This document shows, one piece after another, positions 1-9,322 of a DNA stretch of 64,000 nucleotides. Each line of letters opens with the position of its first letter. Within the stretch, counting starts at the first letter, position 1. The position numbers and the translations under genes were made by a program. This DNA is from Clostridia bacterium (GTDB lineage: Bacteria > Bacillota > Clostridia > Christensenellales > UBA1242). A model generated the notes under the pieces. That model had not been told where the DNA came from. It saw only the letters and a list, made by a program, of their open reading frames with translations, and ran no database searches. Where the stretch lies: the NCBI GenBank assembly GCA_017478185.1, contig JAFVEA010000009.1, positions 5,264 to 69,263 on the forward strand, in the 5' to 3' direction.

Positions 1-29
1 TGAAAACAATTTTCAATATGCTCTTTTTT

Positions 30-1868
30 TTATTTGTTTTGTTTTTCTCTATATTTTGTTATTTGTCTTTTGTCGTGGTCTAAAATAATTTTTCTAAGCC
101 TTATGTTTTGTGGAGTTACTTCCAAAAGCTCGTCATCATTTAAAAATTCAATACATTTTTCCAAACTCATAAGTTTTGGTGGAATCAAGTGAAGGGCATC
201 ATCAGCTGCAGCTGAACGCATATTTGTTAACTGCTTTTTCTTGCAAACATTGATAACCAAATCATTCCCTCTTGGGTTTTCTCCAACAATCATTCCGCCA
301 TACACTTTGTCGCCAACTTTAACAAAAAGTGTTCCCCTCTCTTGAGCATTTGCAAGGCCATAGCCAATGCATTCACCCTTTTCGTGAGCTATAAGCGCCC
401 CACAAGTTCGTCTTTCAATATCTCCTTTATAATAATCATAACCATAGTGAACACTGCTCATAATTCCTTCACCACGAGTGTCTGTTAAAAGTTCTGATTT
501 ATAACCAAAAAGGCCTCTGCTTGGAATCAAAAACTCCAATCTTGTTCGTGAGCCCTGTGGCTTCATTTCAACAAGTTCACCTTTCCTTAAACCCATTTTG
601 CTCATAACAACGCCAGTTGCGTCTTCTGGAACATCAACAACAAGTTTGTCTATTGGCTCCATTTTTTTGCCATTTTCATCATATTTAAACAAAACCTTTG
701 GCATTGAAACCTGAAATTCATAACCTTCTCTTCTCATGTTTTCAATTAAGATAGAAAGGTGCATTTCTCCCCTTCCCCTAACTTTAAATGAGTCTGTTTG
801 TTCGGTGTCTTCCACCCTTAGTGACAAATCTTTTATTGTTTCACGATAAAGTCTTTCTCTTAAATGTCTGCTGGTCACAAACTTTCCTTCAGTTCCAGCA
901 AAAGGGCTGTCGTTAACCATAAAAGTCATTTCAACGCTTGGCTCGCTGATTTTAACAAATTCTAAGGCTGTGGCACAATCTTGGTCACAAATTGTGTCAC
1001 CAATCATAATGTCACCTAGGCCCGCAACACAAACAATATCTCCAGCAGAAACGCTGTTTGTTTCAACCTTTTTCATTCCGTCATACACAAAAAGTTGTTG
1101 AACTCTTATTTTTGTAACTTTTTCTGGGTGATAGAAATTTGTTATTGCAACAGTTTGGCCCACTGTTATTTTTCCGTTTTCCACCTTTCCAACTGCAAGC
1201 TTTCCTAAAAAGTCATTGTGTTCTGTGTTTGAAACAATCATTTGAAGAGGCTTTTGACTATCTCCACTCGGACAGCTTATGTGATTTATAATCTTTTCAA
1301 AAAGTGGAACCATATCTTTGCCCTCATCGCTCATATTAAGTTTTGCAATCCCTTGCCTTGCGCTGGCATAAACAATTGGGCTGTTTAATTGGTCCTCATT
1401 TGCGTTAAGGTCAAACAAGAGTTCCAAAATTTCATCTTCCACTTCTTTTATTCTGGTGTCTGGCCTATCTATTTTGTTGATAACAATAACAACTTTTAAG
1501 TTTAAAGATAAAGCTTTCTCTAAAACAAACCTTGTTTGGGGCATTGGCCCTTCAAAAGCATCAACAACAAGCAAAACTCCATCAACCATTTTTAAAGCTC
1601 TTTCAACTTCTCCTCCAAAATCTGCGTGCCCTGGGGTGTCTATTACATTTATTTTATAATCTTTATAGTGAATTGCTGCGTTTTTGGCAAGTATTGTTAT
1701 TCCTCTTTCACGCTCTAGGTCATTTGAGTCCATAACCCTATCCATAACCTCTTGGTTATCCCTAAAAACTCCACCTTGTTTTAAAAGCTCGTTAACCAAA
1801 CTTGTCTTTCCGTGGTCAACGTGAGCAATTATGGCAATATTCCTTATTTTTTCTTGATTAATTTCCAT
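30..1868 (-). CDS. typA: Translational GTPase TypA/BipA
   Basis: 612 aa from [25 protein letters not shown]. GTPase motifs [16 protein letters not shown] and NKIDR, with EF-G-like C-terminal domains. ATG 1868 is preferred over the track start 1928, which lies in an AT repeat tract. Confidence 0.95.
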   Translation of the reverse strand: MEINQEKIRNIAIIAHVDHGKTSLVNELLKQGGVFRDNQEVMDRVMDSNDLERERGITILAKNAAIHYKDYKINVIDTPGHADFGGEVERALKMVDGVLLVVDAFEGPMPQTRFVLEKALSLNLKVVIVINKIDRPDTRIKEVEDEILELLFDLNANEDQLNSPIVYASARQGIAKLNMSDEGKDMVPLFEKIINHISCPSGDSQKPLQMIVSNTEHNDFLGKLAVGKVENGKITVGQTVAITNFYHPEKVTKIRVQQLFVYDGMKKVETNSVSAGDIVCVAGLGDIMIGDTICDQDCATALEFVKISEPSVEMTFMVNDSPFAGTEGKFVTSRHLRERLYRETIKDLSLRVEDTEQTDSFKVRGRGEMHLSILIENMRREGYEFQVSMPKVLFKYDENGKKMEPIDKLVVDVPEDATGVVMSKMGLRKGELVEMKPQGSRTRLEFLIPSRGLFGYKSELLTDTRGEGIMSSVHYGYDYYKGDIERRTCGALIAHEKGECIGYGLANAQERGTLFVKVGDKVYGGMIVGENPRGNDLVINVCKKKQLTNMRSAAADDALHLIPPKLMSLEKCIEFLNDDELLEVTPQNIRLRKIILDHDKRQITKYREKQNK

Positions 1869-1922
1869 TTTAAACTCCAAAAATTTAAATAATGGTTTGA
1901 TTATATCATATTTTTTTTTAAT

Positions 1923-2047
1923 TTTCAATAATTTTTTTGTTCTAAAAAATTCATTTCAATAATTTTTTGTTCTAAAAAATTCATTTCAATAATTTTTTAT
2001 TTTAAAAAAATTCCATTTCATTAATTTTTTATTTTAAAAAAATTATA
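1923..2047. repeat. Four tandem ~31-bp AT-only repeat units (TTTCAATAATTTTTTGTTCTAAAAAATTCA and variants)
   Basis: Units at 1923-1953, 1954-1983, 1984-2015 and 2016-2047. Units 1 and 2 differ by one T. Each unit contains the inverted repeat AATTTTTT-N5-AAAAAATT. Confidence 0.9.
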
Positions 2048-2126
2048 TTTTAAGTATTTTTATAGCATTTTTAACATAAATAAAAGCTTTTAATGCCAAA
2101 ATTAAAAAATTTATTTTAAAAAACAC

Positions 2127-2156
2127 TTGATTTTTATACCGCTATGGGTATATAAT
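2127..2156 (+). promoter_or_regulatory. Sigma-A-type promoter of the CsoR-family gene
   Basis: TTGATT (2127-2132), 18-nt spacer, TATAAT (2151-2156), about 30 nt upstream of the start codon. Confidence 0.6.
2136..2151. promoter_or_regulatory. Candidate CsoR-family operator, ATACC-N6-GGTAT
   Basis: Inverted repeat ATACCGCTATGGGTAT lies between the -35 and -10 boxes. It resembles the GC-cored palindromes bound by CsoR/CstR-type repressors. Confidence 0.5.
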
Positions 2157-2184
2157 TATCTCGTAATTTATGGGGGTGGAATTT

Positions 2185-2598
2185 ATGGAAAAAACAGAAA
2201 AAGTTAAAAAAGTTAAAAAAGTTAAAAAAACATCAAAAGCCAAAAGCGCAACAAAAAAGAAAACTTTAAAAGAAATTAAAGAACAAAGAGCAAAAGAAGC
2301 AATTGAAGCCTTTAAAGCACAAAAAGAAACAATTGGAACAGAAGAAGAGCGAAAAGAAATTGTTAACCGCCTAAAAAGAATTATTGGTTCTATGAACGGC
2401 GTTAAAAAAATGATTGAAGATGGCTATCCTTGTGACCAAATTTTAATTCAATTTTCTGCAATAGACAGAGCAACAAAAAGCTTGGCAAACTATGTTGTTT
2501 TAAAGCATATGACCAATTATGTTGTTGATGAAATCAAAAACGGAAACATTGAACAACCACTAAAAAATGTTGTTGATTATTTTAAACGCTTTGAATAA
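2185..2598 (+). CDS. CsoR/RcnR/FrmR-family (DUF156) metal/stress-sensing transcriptional repressor with a Lys-rich N-terminal extension
   Basis: RLKRIIGSMNGVKKMIEDGYPCDQILIQFSAIDRATKSLANYVVLKH matches the family helix 1-2 core with the conserved Cys and His. ATG 2185 follows GGGGGTGG. Confidence 0.8.
   Translation: MEKTEKVKKVKKVKKTSKAKSATKKKTLKEIKEQRAKEAIEAFKAQKETIGTEEERKEIVNRLKRIIGSMNGVKKMIEDGYPCDQILIQFSAIDRATKSLANYVVLKHMTNYVVDEIKNGNIEQPLKNVVDYFKRFE
2203..2229 (+). repeat. In-frame 9-bp x3 tandem repeat (GTTAAAAAA) encoding VKKVKKVKK
   Basis: Three exact copies read directly from the sequence. Confidence 0.95.
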
Positions 2599-2736
2599 TA
2601 ATCTTTTTGCTTATTAAAAAAGAAAAAATCAGTTAAAAACACACAAAATGTGGAAAAGTGGATATCTTTTAAAAGATTGATATAAAAAGCAAAAGAACAA
2701 ATTTAAGTTACAAAAATTTTAAAAGAAGGTCAAAAA

Positions 2737-3441
2737 ATGATATTATTTTTAGCTAGCAAACTTGGTTATTATGACCCTGAAATTGGAAAGACAAAGCCAA
2801 CAAGATTAGATAACAGATTTGGCTTTTTAAACCATTTAAAAAACAGTTTGAAAGATACAAAAAAAGTTGTTTATGTTGCAAATGACCCACAAGACAAAGA
2901 AAACTCGTTGCGTGCAAATGCGTTTTTTGAAGCGCTTAAGTTAAGTGGATTAGAATTTGAAACAAAATGCATTTTAGACGGCCACACAAAAAGGCTTGCC
3001 AAAGAGATTTTGTCTGGCGCAAGTTTAATTTATCTTGCTGGCGGAAAAGTTCCAAAACAAATAGATTTTTTTAACGAGATTAAGTTAAAGAAAAATTTGG
3101 AGGGCTTTAACGGAGTTATTGTTGGTGAAAGCGCTGGAGCAATATGCCTTGCAGAAAATGTTTATAATTACCCAGAAACAGAAAGTGAGCTTTCTGACCC
3201 ATCATACTTAACAGGTTTGGGATTTACAAATATAAATATCATTCCGCACTTTAACTTAAAAAACGGAAATGATTATGCTGAAGAAAAACTAAACATTATG
3301 CAAATATACAAAGAAAATAGTTATAGATTTTGCTTTTATTGTTTGCCCAACTTTTCTTTCATAAAACAAGAAAATGATAAAATTGAACTTTTTGGCCCAG
3401 TTTATGAAATGCAAAACAAAAATATTAAAAAAATAAATTAA
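2737..3441 (+). CDS. Peptidase S51 (dipeptidase E-like) / type-1 glutamine amidotransferase-like protein
   Basis: LIYLAGGKVPKQIDFF and VIVGESAGAICLAE (GxSAG nucleophile elbow) are typical of the S51 family. Confidence 0.65.
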   Translation: MILFLASKLGYYDPEIGKTKPTRLDNRFGFLNHLKNSLKDTKKVVYVANDPQDKENSLRANAFFEALKLSGLEFETKCILDGHTKRLAKEILSGASLIYLAGGKVPKQIDFFNEIKLKKNLEGFNGVIVGESAGAICLAENVYNYPETESELSDPSYLTGLGFTNINIIPHFNLKNGNDYAEEKLNIMQIYKENSYRFCFYCLPNFSFIKQENDKIELFGPVYEMQNKNIKKIN

Positions 3442-3469
3442 AAGAGCGTTAATTTAACGCTCTTTTTTA
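3441..3469. terminator. Bidirectional intrinsic terminator
   Basis: Perfect palindrome AGAGCGTTAA-T-TTAACGCTCT flanked by A and T runs, between convergent genes. Confidence 0.8.
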
Positions 3470-4207
3470 TTCATACTCAATTTTCTTTAGTGTTAACCCT
3501 TTTGCTGGCATAGTTTTTCCGGCAAGCTCTCTCTTCCCGCTCTTTATGATATTTTTTATATCACTCGCCTCTTTTTTGTTAAGCCCCACTTCGATAATTG
3601 TTCCAGCTAGTATCCTAACCATATTATATAAAAAGCCATTCCCGCACACCATTAAAGAGTATTCTTTTTCACTCACTTTGTTTAACTTTAAAGAATAAAT
3701 TGTTCTTGTTGTGTCTTTAACTTTTGTTCCACTAGCACAAAATGCAGAAAAATTGTGTGTTCCAACAAAAAATTTGCACGCTTTTTTAGCTTTTTTATAA
3801 CAAAACTCATATCCAACTCTTGTTTGCGTTTGCTCCAAAAGTGGCAAAATGGTGTCTGACACATAAAACTTATATTCATAAGTTTTTTTCTTTGCTGAAA
3901 ACCGTGAGTGGAAATCACTTGAAACTTCTTCACTATTTAAAATTCTTATATCATCTGGAAGAGCTGTGTTGATTAAATGATATAATTTTGGGGGATAAAT
4001 GTTTGCTATTGTTTCAAAATGTGCCACTTGCCCCTCAGCGTGAACTCCAGCATCTGTCCTGCCCGCTCCAAAAACTTGGCATGGTTCACCCAAAACTTTT
4101 AAAATGGCCTTTTCAATAACCTCTTGAACGCTCTTTCCATTTTTTTGCTTTTGCCAACCACAATAGTTTGTTCCAACATATTGCACCACTAATTTTATTT
4201 TTCTCAT
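3467..4207 (-). CDS. truA: tRNA pseudouridine(38-40) synthase TruA
   Basis: VQYVGTNYCGWQKQ and GAGRTDAGVHAEGQVAHF (catalytic Asp motif). Confidence 0.95.
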   Translation of the reverse strand: MRKIKLVVQYVGTNYCGWQKQKNGKSVQEVIEKAILKVLGEPCQVFGAGRTDAGVHAEGQVAHFETIANIYPPKLYHLINTALPDDIRILNSEEVSSDFHSRFSAKKKTYEYKFYVSDTILPLLEQTQTRVGYEFCYKKAKKACKFFVGTHNFSAFCASGTKVKDTTRTIYSLKLNKVSEKEYSLMVCGNGFLYNMVRILAGTIIEVGLNKKEASDIKNIIKSGKRELAGKTMPAKGLTLKKIEYE

Positions 4208-4314
4208 AACAATAGTTTAACAAAACAAAAAAAAAGTGTCAAACAAATGCTTGTTTGTTTGCCTATTTGATTGTTTTGGTATATAATAAATACTATACTT
4301 TGGAGGTTAAGAAA

Positions 4315-7300
4315 TTGAAAAAAGTAACAATTGACGGAAACACTGCTGTTGCAATGAGCGCTTATGCAGTGAACGAAATGGCAATAATTTACCCTATAAC
4401 ACCAAGCTCACCTATGGCGGAGAGCTGTGACCAATGGAGTGGAGAAAACAAACCAAATATGTTTGGCCAACCTATGAAGATTGTGGAGATGCAAAGTGAG
4501 GCAGGAGCTGCGGGTGCTGTTCACGGAAGCCTTTCTAGCGGAGTTTTAACAACAACATTCACAGCAAGCCAAGGTCTTCTTTTGATGATTCCTAATATGT
4601 ATAAAATTGCTGGAGAACTTCTTCCTTGCGTTTTTCATGTTTCAGCAAGGGCGCTTGCTGGTCACGCACTATCTATTTTTGGTGACCACAGCGATGTTAT
4701 GGCATGCAGGCAAACTGGGTTTGCTATGCTTTGTTCAAACAATGTTCAAGAAGCTCACGATTTTGCAAACATCTCTATGATGGCAACACTGAACTCAAGG
4801 GTTCCATTCTTACACTTTTTTGACGGATTTAGAACTTCTCACGAGATTGCAAAAGTTGAAGTTTTGGATACCGATGAAATAAAATCACTTATGAGTTTTG
4901 AGGCAATTGATGCTTTTAGAAAAAGAGGCTTGAATCCAACTCACCCACACCAACAAGGAACAGCACAAAACCCAGATGTTTATTTCCAAAACAGAGAAGC
5001 AAGCAATATATATTATGAAAGAGCTTATGAACAAATCATACAAGCCTTTAAAACTTATGCTGAAAAAACTGGAAGAGAATATGCCCCTTATGAATATGTT
5101 GGTTCAAAAACAGCAAAAAAGGTTATTGTTATGATGGGTAGTGGCGCCGACACCATGGAAGAAACCATAAAAGAAAAAGGTCTTGATGTTGGACTTTTAA
5201 AAGTTAGAGTTTATCGCCCATTTTGTGCAAGAGATTTTGTAACTGCTATTCCAGAAACAGCTGAAGTTATCACTGTTTTAGACCGAACAAAAGAAAGTGG
5301 CTCAGTTGGAGAACCATTATATCTTGATGTTGTTGCAAGTTTGAATGAATTTAACAAAAACATAAAAGTTTTGGGTGGAAGATATGGGCTTGGAAGCAAA
5401 GACTTCACCCCTGCAATGGCACTGGCTGTTGTTAACAACACCAAAAAAGATGGAAAAAACCACTTCACTGTTGGAATTGAAGATGACATAACAAAAAGCT
5501 CACTTGAAATTCCAGAATATGAAAGCAGTTATGAAGGCAAAGAATGTTTGTTTTATGGGCTTGGAAGTGATGGAACAGTTAGCGCAAACAAAAACAGCAT
5601 AAAAATAATTGGAAACAACACTCCGCTCTATGCTCAAGGTTATTTTGTTTATGACAGCAAAAAAAGTGGTAGCATAACAATTTCGCACCTAAGGTTTGGA
5701 AAAGAAAAAATTGGCTCACACTATGAAATTCAAAAAGCCGATTTCATCGCTTGCCACAACGAAAGTTTTGTTGGCAAATATGATATCTTAAGCCACCTTA
5801 AAAATGGCGGAACTTTTCTTTTGAACTGCTCTTATAAAAAAGAAGAATTAGAACAAAAACTTCCTGCAGATTTTAAGAAAGAACTGTTCAGAAAAAATGC
5901 TAAATTTTTTATTGTTGATGCTATAGACCTTGCCAAAGAACTTGGATTAAAAGGCAAAATAAGCACAATTATGCAAAGTGCATTCTTCTATTTAACAAAC
6001 ATAATTGATTTTGAAAAAGCCAAAGAAGAAATGAAAAAAATGGCAGAAAAATCTTATGGAAAAGCTGGAAAAACTGTTGTTGAAAACAACTTTAAGGCAA
6101 TAGACAAAGCCGAAACAAGTTTGCAAGAAATAAAAATTAAAAAAGAATGGGAAAATGTTGAAAATAATATAACAACAACAAAAGAAACTGAAACATCAGA
6201 GTTTAACGAGCAAATTATGAAAGTTATTGCAAAACAACAAGGAAACAGTTTGCCTTGCAGCGTTTTTTCAGCTGACGGAAGAGTGCCAACAAACACAACA
6301 AGATTTGAAAAGCGTGGAATTGCAACAACCATTCCTTGCTGGATTCCAGAAAACTGCTTGCAATGCAATATGTGTTCTTTTGTTTGCCCACACGGAGCAA
6401 TAAAACCAGTTTTAATTGACAAACAAACCAAAAAGCCAGAAACTTTTTCAAGCATAAAGGCTTTAATGACAGATAAATATGAGTTTAGAATTCAAATAAG
6501 CCCACTTGATTGCACGGGCTGTGGAAGCTGTGTTAACATCTGCCCTAGCCTTAAAAAAGCACTTGTTATGAGTGATGCTGAAAAAGAAATAAAAGAGCAA
6601 GCAAAAAACTATGAATTTGCTTCAAAACTCATAAATGACACCACTGTATATAACCAAAACACAGTTAAAGGCAGTCAGTTTAATCACTGCTTCTTCCAGT
6701 TTAGTGGAGCTTGTGCTGGCTGTGGCGAAACTCCATACATAAAACTTGCCACTCAAATGTTTGGAGAAAATATGGTTATTGCAAATGCAACAGGGTGCTC
6801 CAGCATTTATGGAGGCTCATACCCATCTTGCCCATACACGCAAAACGAAAAAGGGCGAGGCCCAGCTTGGGCAAACAGTTTGTTTGAAGACAACGCTGAA
6901 TTTGGTTTTGGAATAGAACTTGCGTCAAAAACACAAAATGAAAAAGTTAAAACTTTGATGCAAAAGGCAATAGAACAAAATTCTAAAAACAAAACTTTGA
7001 TTGAAAATTATTTAAACACTGAAAACAATTTAAAAGAAAACAACAAAATTTGCGATGAATTGTTGCCAAAACTTGAAGAAGAAAGCAAGACCGCACAAAA
7101 TGAACTTAAACAAACACTTGATGAAATTTTAAGCTTAAAAGAATTTATCTTCAAAAAATCTGTTTGGATTATTGGTGGAGATGGTTGGGCTTATGACATT
7201 GGCTATGGCGGACTAGACCACGTTTTGGCATCAAATGAAAATGTTAACATTTTGGTTTTAGACACTCAAGTTTACAGCAACACTGGTGGGCAATCTTCAA

Positions 7301-7797
7301 AAGCAACTCCTTGTGGCGCATCGGCAAAATTTGCTGAAAGCGGAAAAACAACTTCAAGAAAGAGTTTGGCTATGATGGCACTAAACTACCCTAATGTTTA
7401 TGTTGCGCAAGTTGCTATGGGCGCAAATATGCAACAATGCATAACCGCCTTAAAAGAGGCAGAGGCACACAACGGCCCATCAATTGTTGTTTGTTATTCA
7501 ACTTGCATAAACCAAGGAATAGATATGTCTAAAGGTATGGAAGAAATGAAAAAAGCTGTTAACAGCGGTTATTGGCATTTGTTTAGATATAGCCCAGAAA
7601 CACAAAAGCTAACGCTAGACAGCCCACAAAACCCAACCGAAGATTATATGAGCTTTGTTTCTGGTGAAAGAAGATATGCAAGCCTTATGCAAAAAAAGCC
7701 AGACCACGCTCAAAAACTTTTGGAAAAAGCCAAAAAAGATAACGATTTGCTTTTAGAAAAGCTTATTGCAATGGCAAAGTTAAACAAAAGTGAATAA
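4315..7797 (+). CDS. nifJ: Pyruvate:ferredoxin (flavodoxin) oxidoreductase, single-polypeptide PFOR
   Basis: About 1160 aa. Two 4Fe-4S motifs (CLQCNMCSFVCP, CTGCGSCVNICP) and the TPP site GGDGWAYDIGYGGLDH. TTG 4315 preceded by GGAGG is preferred over the upstream ATG 4255. Confidence 0.95.
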   Translation: MKKVTIDGNTAVAMSAYAVNEMAIIYPITPSSPMAESCDQWSGENKPNMFGQPMKIVEMQSEAGAAGAVHGSLSSGVLTTTFTASQGLLLMIPNMYKIAGELLPCVFHVSARALAGHALSIFGDHSDVMACRQTGFAMLCSNNVQEAHDFANISMMATLNSRVPFLHFFDGFRTSHEIAKVEVLDTDEIKSLMSFEAIDAFRKRGLNPTHPHQQGTAQNPDVYFQNREASNIYYERAYEQIIQAFKTYAEKTGREYAPYEYVGSKTAKKVIVMMGSGADTMEETIKEKGLDVGLLKVRVYRPFCARDFVTAIPETAEVITVLDRTKESGSVGEPLYLDVVASLNEFNKNIKVLGGRYGLGSKDFTPAMALAVVNNTKKDGKNHFTVGIEDDITKSSLEIPEYESSYEGKECLFYGLGSDGTVSANKNSIKIIGNNTPLYAQGYFVYDSKKSGSITISHLRFGKEKIGSHYEIQKADFIACHNESFVGKYDILSHLKNGGTFLLNCSYKKEELEQKLPADFKKELFRKNAKFFIVDAIDLAKELGLKGKISTIMQSAFFYLTNIIDFEKAKEEMKKMAEKSYGKAGKTVVENNFKAIDKAETSLQEIKIKKEWENVENNITTTKETETSEFNEQIMKVIAKQQGNSLPCSVFSADGRVPTNTTRFEKRGIATTIPCWIPENCLQCNMCSFVCPHGAIKPVLIDKQTKKPETFSSIKALMTDKYEFRIQISPLDCTGCGSCVNICPSLKKALVMSDAEKEIKEQAKNYEFASKLINDTTVYNQNTVKGSQFNHCFFQFSGACAGCGETPYIKLATQMFGENMVIANATGCSSIYGGSYPSCPYTQNEKGRGPAWANSLFEDNAEFGFGIELASKTQNEKVKTLMQKAIEQNSKNKTLIENYLNTENNLKENNKICDELLPKLEEESKTAQNELKQTLDEILSLKEFIFKKSVWIIGGDGWAYDIGYGGLDHVLASNENVNILVLDTQVYSNTGGQSSKATPCGASAKFAESGKTTSRKSLAMMALNYPNVYVAQVAMGANMQQCITALKEAEAHNGPSIVVCYSTCINQGIDMSKGMEEMKKAVNSGYWHLFRYSPETQKLTLDSPQNPTEDYMSFVSGERRYASLMQKKPDHAQKLLEKAKKDNDLLLEKLIAMAKLNKSE

Positions 7798-7800
7798 ACA

Positions 7801-7831
7801 AAAAAAGAACTAAAAAATTAGTTCTTTTTTT
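7801..7831. terminator. Bidirectional intrinsic terminator
   Basis: AGAACTA/TAGTTCT stem flanked by A and T runs, between convergent genes. Confidence 0.75.
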
Positions 7832-7838
7832 ATAAAAC

Positions 7839-8330
7839 TTAAAATTCACTCAAATAATTTTGCAAAAATTTGTGAATTGGTTTTAAAAACTCAAAATCAT
7901 CTAAAAACCTATCATAACAAACACACAATGCCCCAAAAACATCTCCGTTGCATATTATGGGCATAATTATTTCTGTTTGTGTTTTTGGAGTGAATTTAAA
8001 CAATTTTTCGCCGTGCAAAATAGTGTTTTTTCTTTGCTGAACAACATCAAAAAACTTTTTAGGCAAATTGGCACTTTTTGTGCTTGCAACAATTTGTGTT
8101 GTGTCACAAACAAAACAAAGTTCCGTTTTTTCAAAAGAAAAAACAACATTTTTCAAAATTTCAAAAAAGGGTTTGAGTTTGCTGTGCGGAGTTATCAAAA
8201 TTGTTTTTCCGTCATCACAAACAACTTTAACTTCACTGTTTGTTTTAAGTTTTAAACCCTCTCTAATTTCTTTTGGAATAACCACTCTGCCCAAGTCATC
8301 AATTCGGCGTATGGCACTTGTGTTTCTCAT
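7839..8330 (-). CDS. AbrB/SpoVT-family transcriptional regulator (SpoVT-like: SpoVT-AbrB N-domain plus a sensor-like C-domain)
   Basis: The N-terminus IRRIDDLGRVVIPKEIREGLKL is the canonical SpoVT/AbrB swapped-hairpin motif. 163 aa; GAGGTG SD. Confidence 0.75.
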   Translation of the reverse strand: MRNTSAIRRIDDLGRVVIPKEIREGLKLKTNSEVKVVCDDGKTILITPHSKLKPFFEILKNVVFSFEKTELCFVCDTTQIVASTKSANLPKKFFDVVQQRKNTILHGEKLFKFTPKTQTEIIMPIICNGDVFGALCVCYDRFLDDFEFLKPIHKFLQNYLSEF

Positions 8331-8417
8331 TTTTCACCTCTAAACTATTTTTTTCTTTTGATTAAAAATTATGTATTTTTTATAATTTTATGTTATAATT
8401 CTTTAAAAGGAGTTTTT

Positions 8418-9119
8418 ATGGAATTAAACAAAATTCATTGGGCAAAACAAGACATAAAGCCATTTTTAGGCTATTTAAAATCGCTGTCAAAAGGCGAAGA
8501 TAAAGCTTTGTGGGAGCAAAAAATAGCAAACACAAAAATGCCCTGTTTGGCAATACCTTCAAAAAAGATTGATGAAATAACAAAACAAATTTTTAAAGGC
8601 AATTATATAGAATTTTTAGATTTATGGATTTTTGAAAATTTGTCTTGCACTTTGATTATTGCTAAACTAATTTCTAAAATAAAAGACTTTTCTGTTTTTT
8701 GCTTTTATTTAGAAAAATTTGCTGACCAAATAGACAACTGGGCAAGCTGTGATACAATTAAATTTAACATAAAAAACAATGAAAAAAACTTTTTAAATTT
8801 GAGCAAAAGTTTTATAAAATCAAAAAAAGTGTTTAAAAGAAGAGTTGGCATAAGAATATGTTTCAAGTTTTGCGATGAAAAAAACATTTCAAAAGTTTTT
8901 GATATCATAAAAAGCCTTAAATGCGAGCAAGAATATTATGTTAATATGGCTATATCGTGGCTGATGTGTGATGCCTTCATAAAATGCAGAAAACAAACTT
9001 TAGATTTTTTAAAAGAAAACAATTTAAATAACTTTTGTTTAAACAAAATGATTTCAAAATGCCAAGATAGTTTTAGAATTTCAAAAGAAGATAAACTTAT
9101 GTTAAAAAGTTTTAAGTAA
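8418..9119 (+). CDS. DNA alkylation repair protein (AlkD-like HEAT-repeat family)
   Basis: 233 aa with the DNWASCDT motif and helical-repeat character typical of PF08713-type proteins. ATG 8418 follows AAAGGAG. Confidence 0.55.
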   Translation: MELNKIHWAKQDIKPFLGYLKSLSKGEDKALWEQKIANTKMPCLAIPSKKIDEITKQIFKGNYIEFLDLWIFENLSCTLIIAKLISKIKDFSVFCFYLEKFADQIDNWASCDTIKFNIKNNEKNFLNLSKSFIKSKKVFKRRVGIRICFKFCDEKNISKVFDIIKSLKCEQEYYVNMAISWLMCDAFIKCRKQTLDFLKENNLNNFCLNKMISKCQDSFRISKEDKLMLKSFK

Positions 9120-9161
9120 ACAAAAAATATTCTAAAATTAAAAAGCTTTGAAACTTGCAAT

Positions 9162-9192
9162 AAAAAAAGCGCAATATAAAAGCGCTTTTTTT
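9162..9192. terminator. Bidirectional intrinsic terminator
   Basis: AGCGC...GCGCT stem flanked by an A run and a T run. Confidence 0.7.
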
Positions 9193-9197
9193 ATTAT

Positions 9198-9306
9198 GAG
9201 TGCAGAAAGAGCTGTGGGTTTGTCATTCTCACGGAGGCACTTTGGGTGCTGGCGCAAAAATCTCAATGAGATTGCCACGGAGCAAAAGCTTCTCGCAGTG
9301 ACAAAT
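9198..9306. repeat. GC-rich modular hairpin repeat, copy A
   Basis: GTCATTCTCACGG-AGGCACTTTGGGTGCT-GGCGCAAAAATCTC followed by GAGATTGCCACGGAGCAAAAGCTTCTCGCAGTGAC. The same module types occur at 33054-33335 and 63640-63734. Confidence 0.85.
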
Positions 9307-9322
9307 AGAATAGCTTTTTGTT

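Noticed and set aside
1869-1928. A 20-codon N-terminal extension of the typA ORF in the six-frame track (MKIKKKYDIIKPLFKFLEFK).
   Set aside because: It runs into the AT-only repeat region. The conserved TypA N-terminus begins at MEINQEK (ATG 1868). Similar over-extended starts were trimmed for the CsoR-like, PFOR, AlkD-like, Fur, NfeD, ttcA, second Sel1, rlmH, GT4, groES, glpA-like, thrS and other genes.
1923-2047. Tandem repeats considered as a possible CRISPR array. The octamer tract at 63444-63486 was considered in the same way.
   Set aside because: The units are contiguous with no unique spacers, are AT-only or only 8 nt long, and no cas genes are present.
2649-2666. Two adjacent DnaA-box-like words (TGTGGAAAA and GTGGATAT), plus a single TTATCCACT near 43727.
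   Set aside because: Each is an 8/9 or 7/9 match. There is no cluster, no dnaA/dnaN neighbourhood and no AT-rich unwinding-element context. This is consistent with chance in a 64-kb AT-rich window.
5211-6992. Several 60-133-aa antisense or out-of-frame ORFs inside the PFOR gene. Similar nested ORFs occur inside typA, the giant surface protein, the MMPL gene, groEL, thrS and others.
   Set aside because: All are nested within long genes that are either confidently recognised or have strong start signals. They lack SD sequences and have skewed composition, as expected for random ORFs in long genes.
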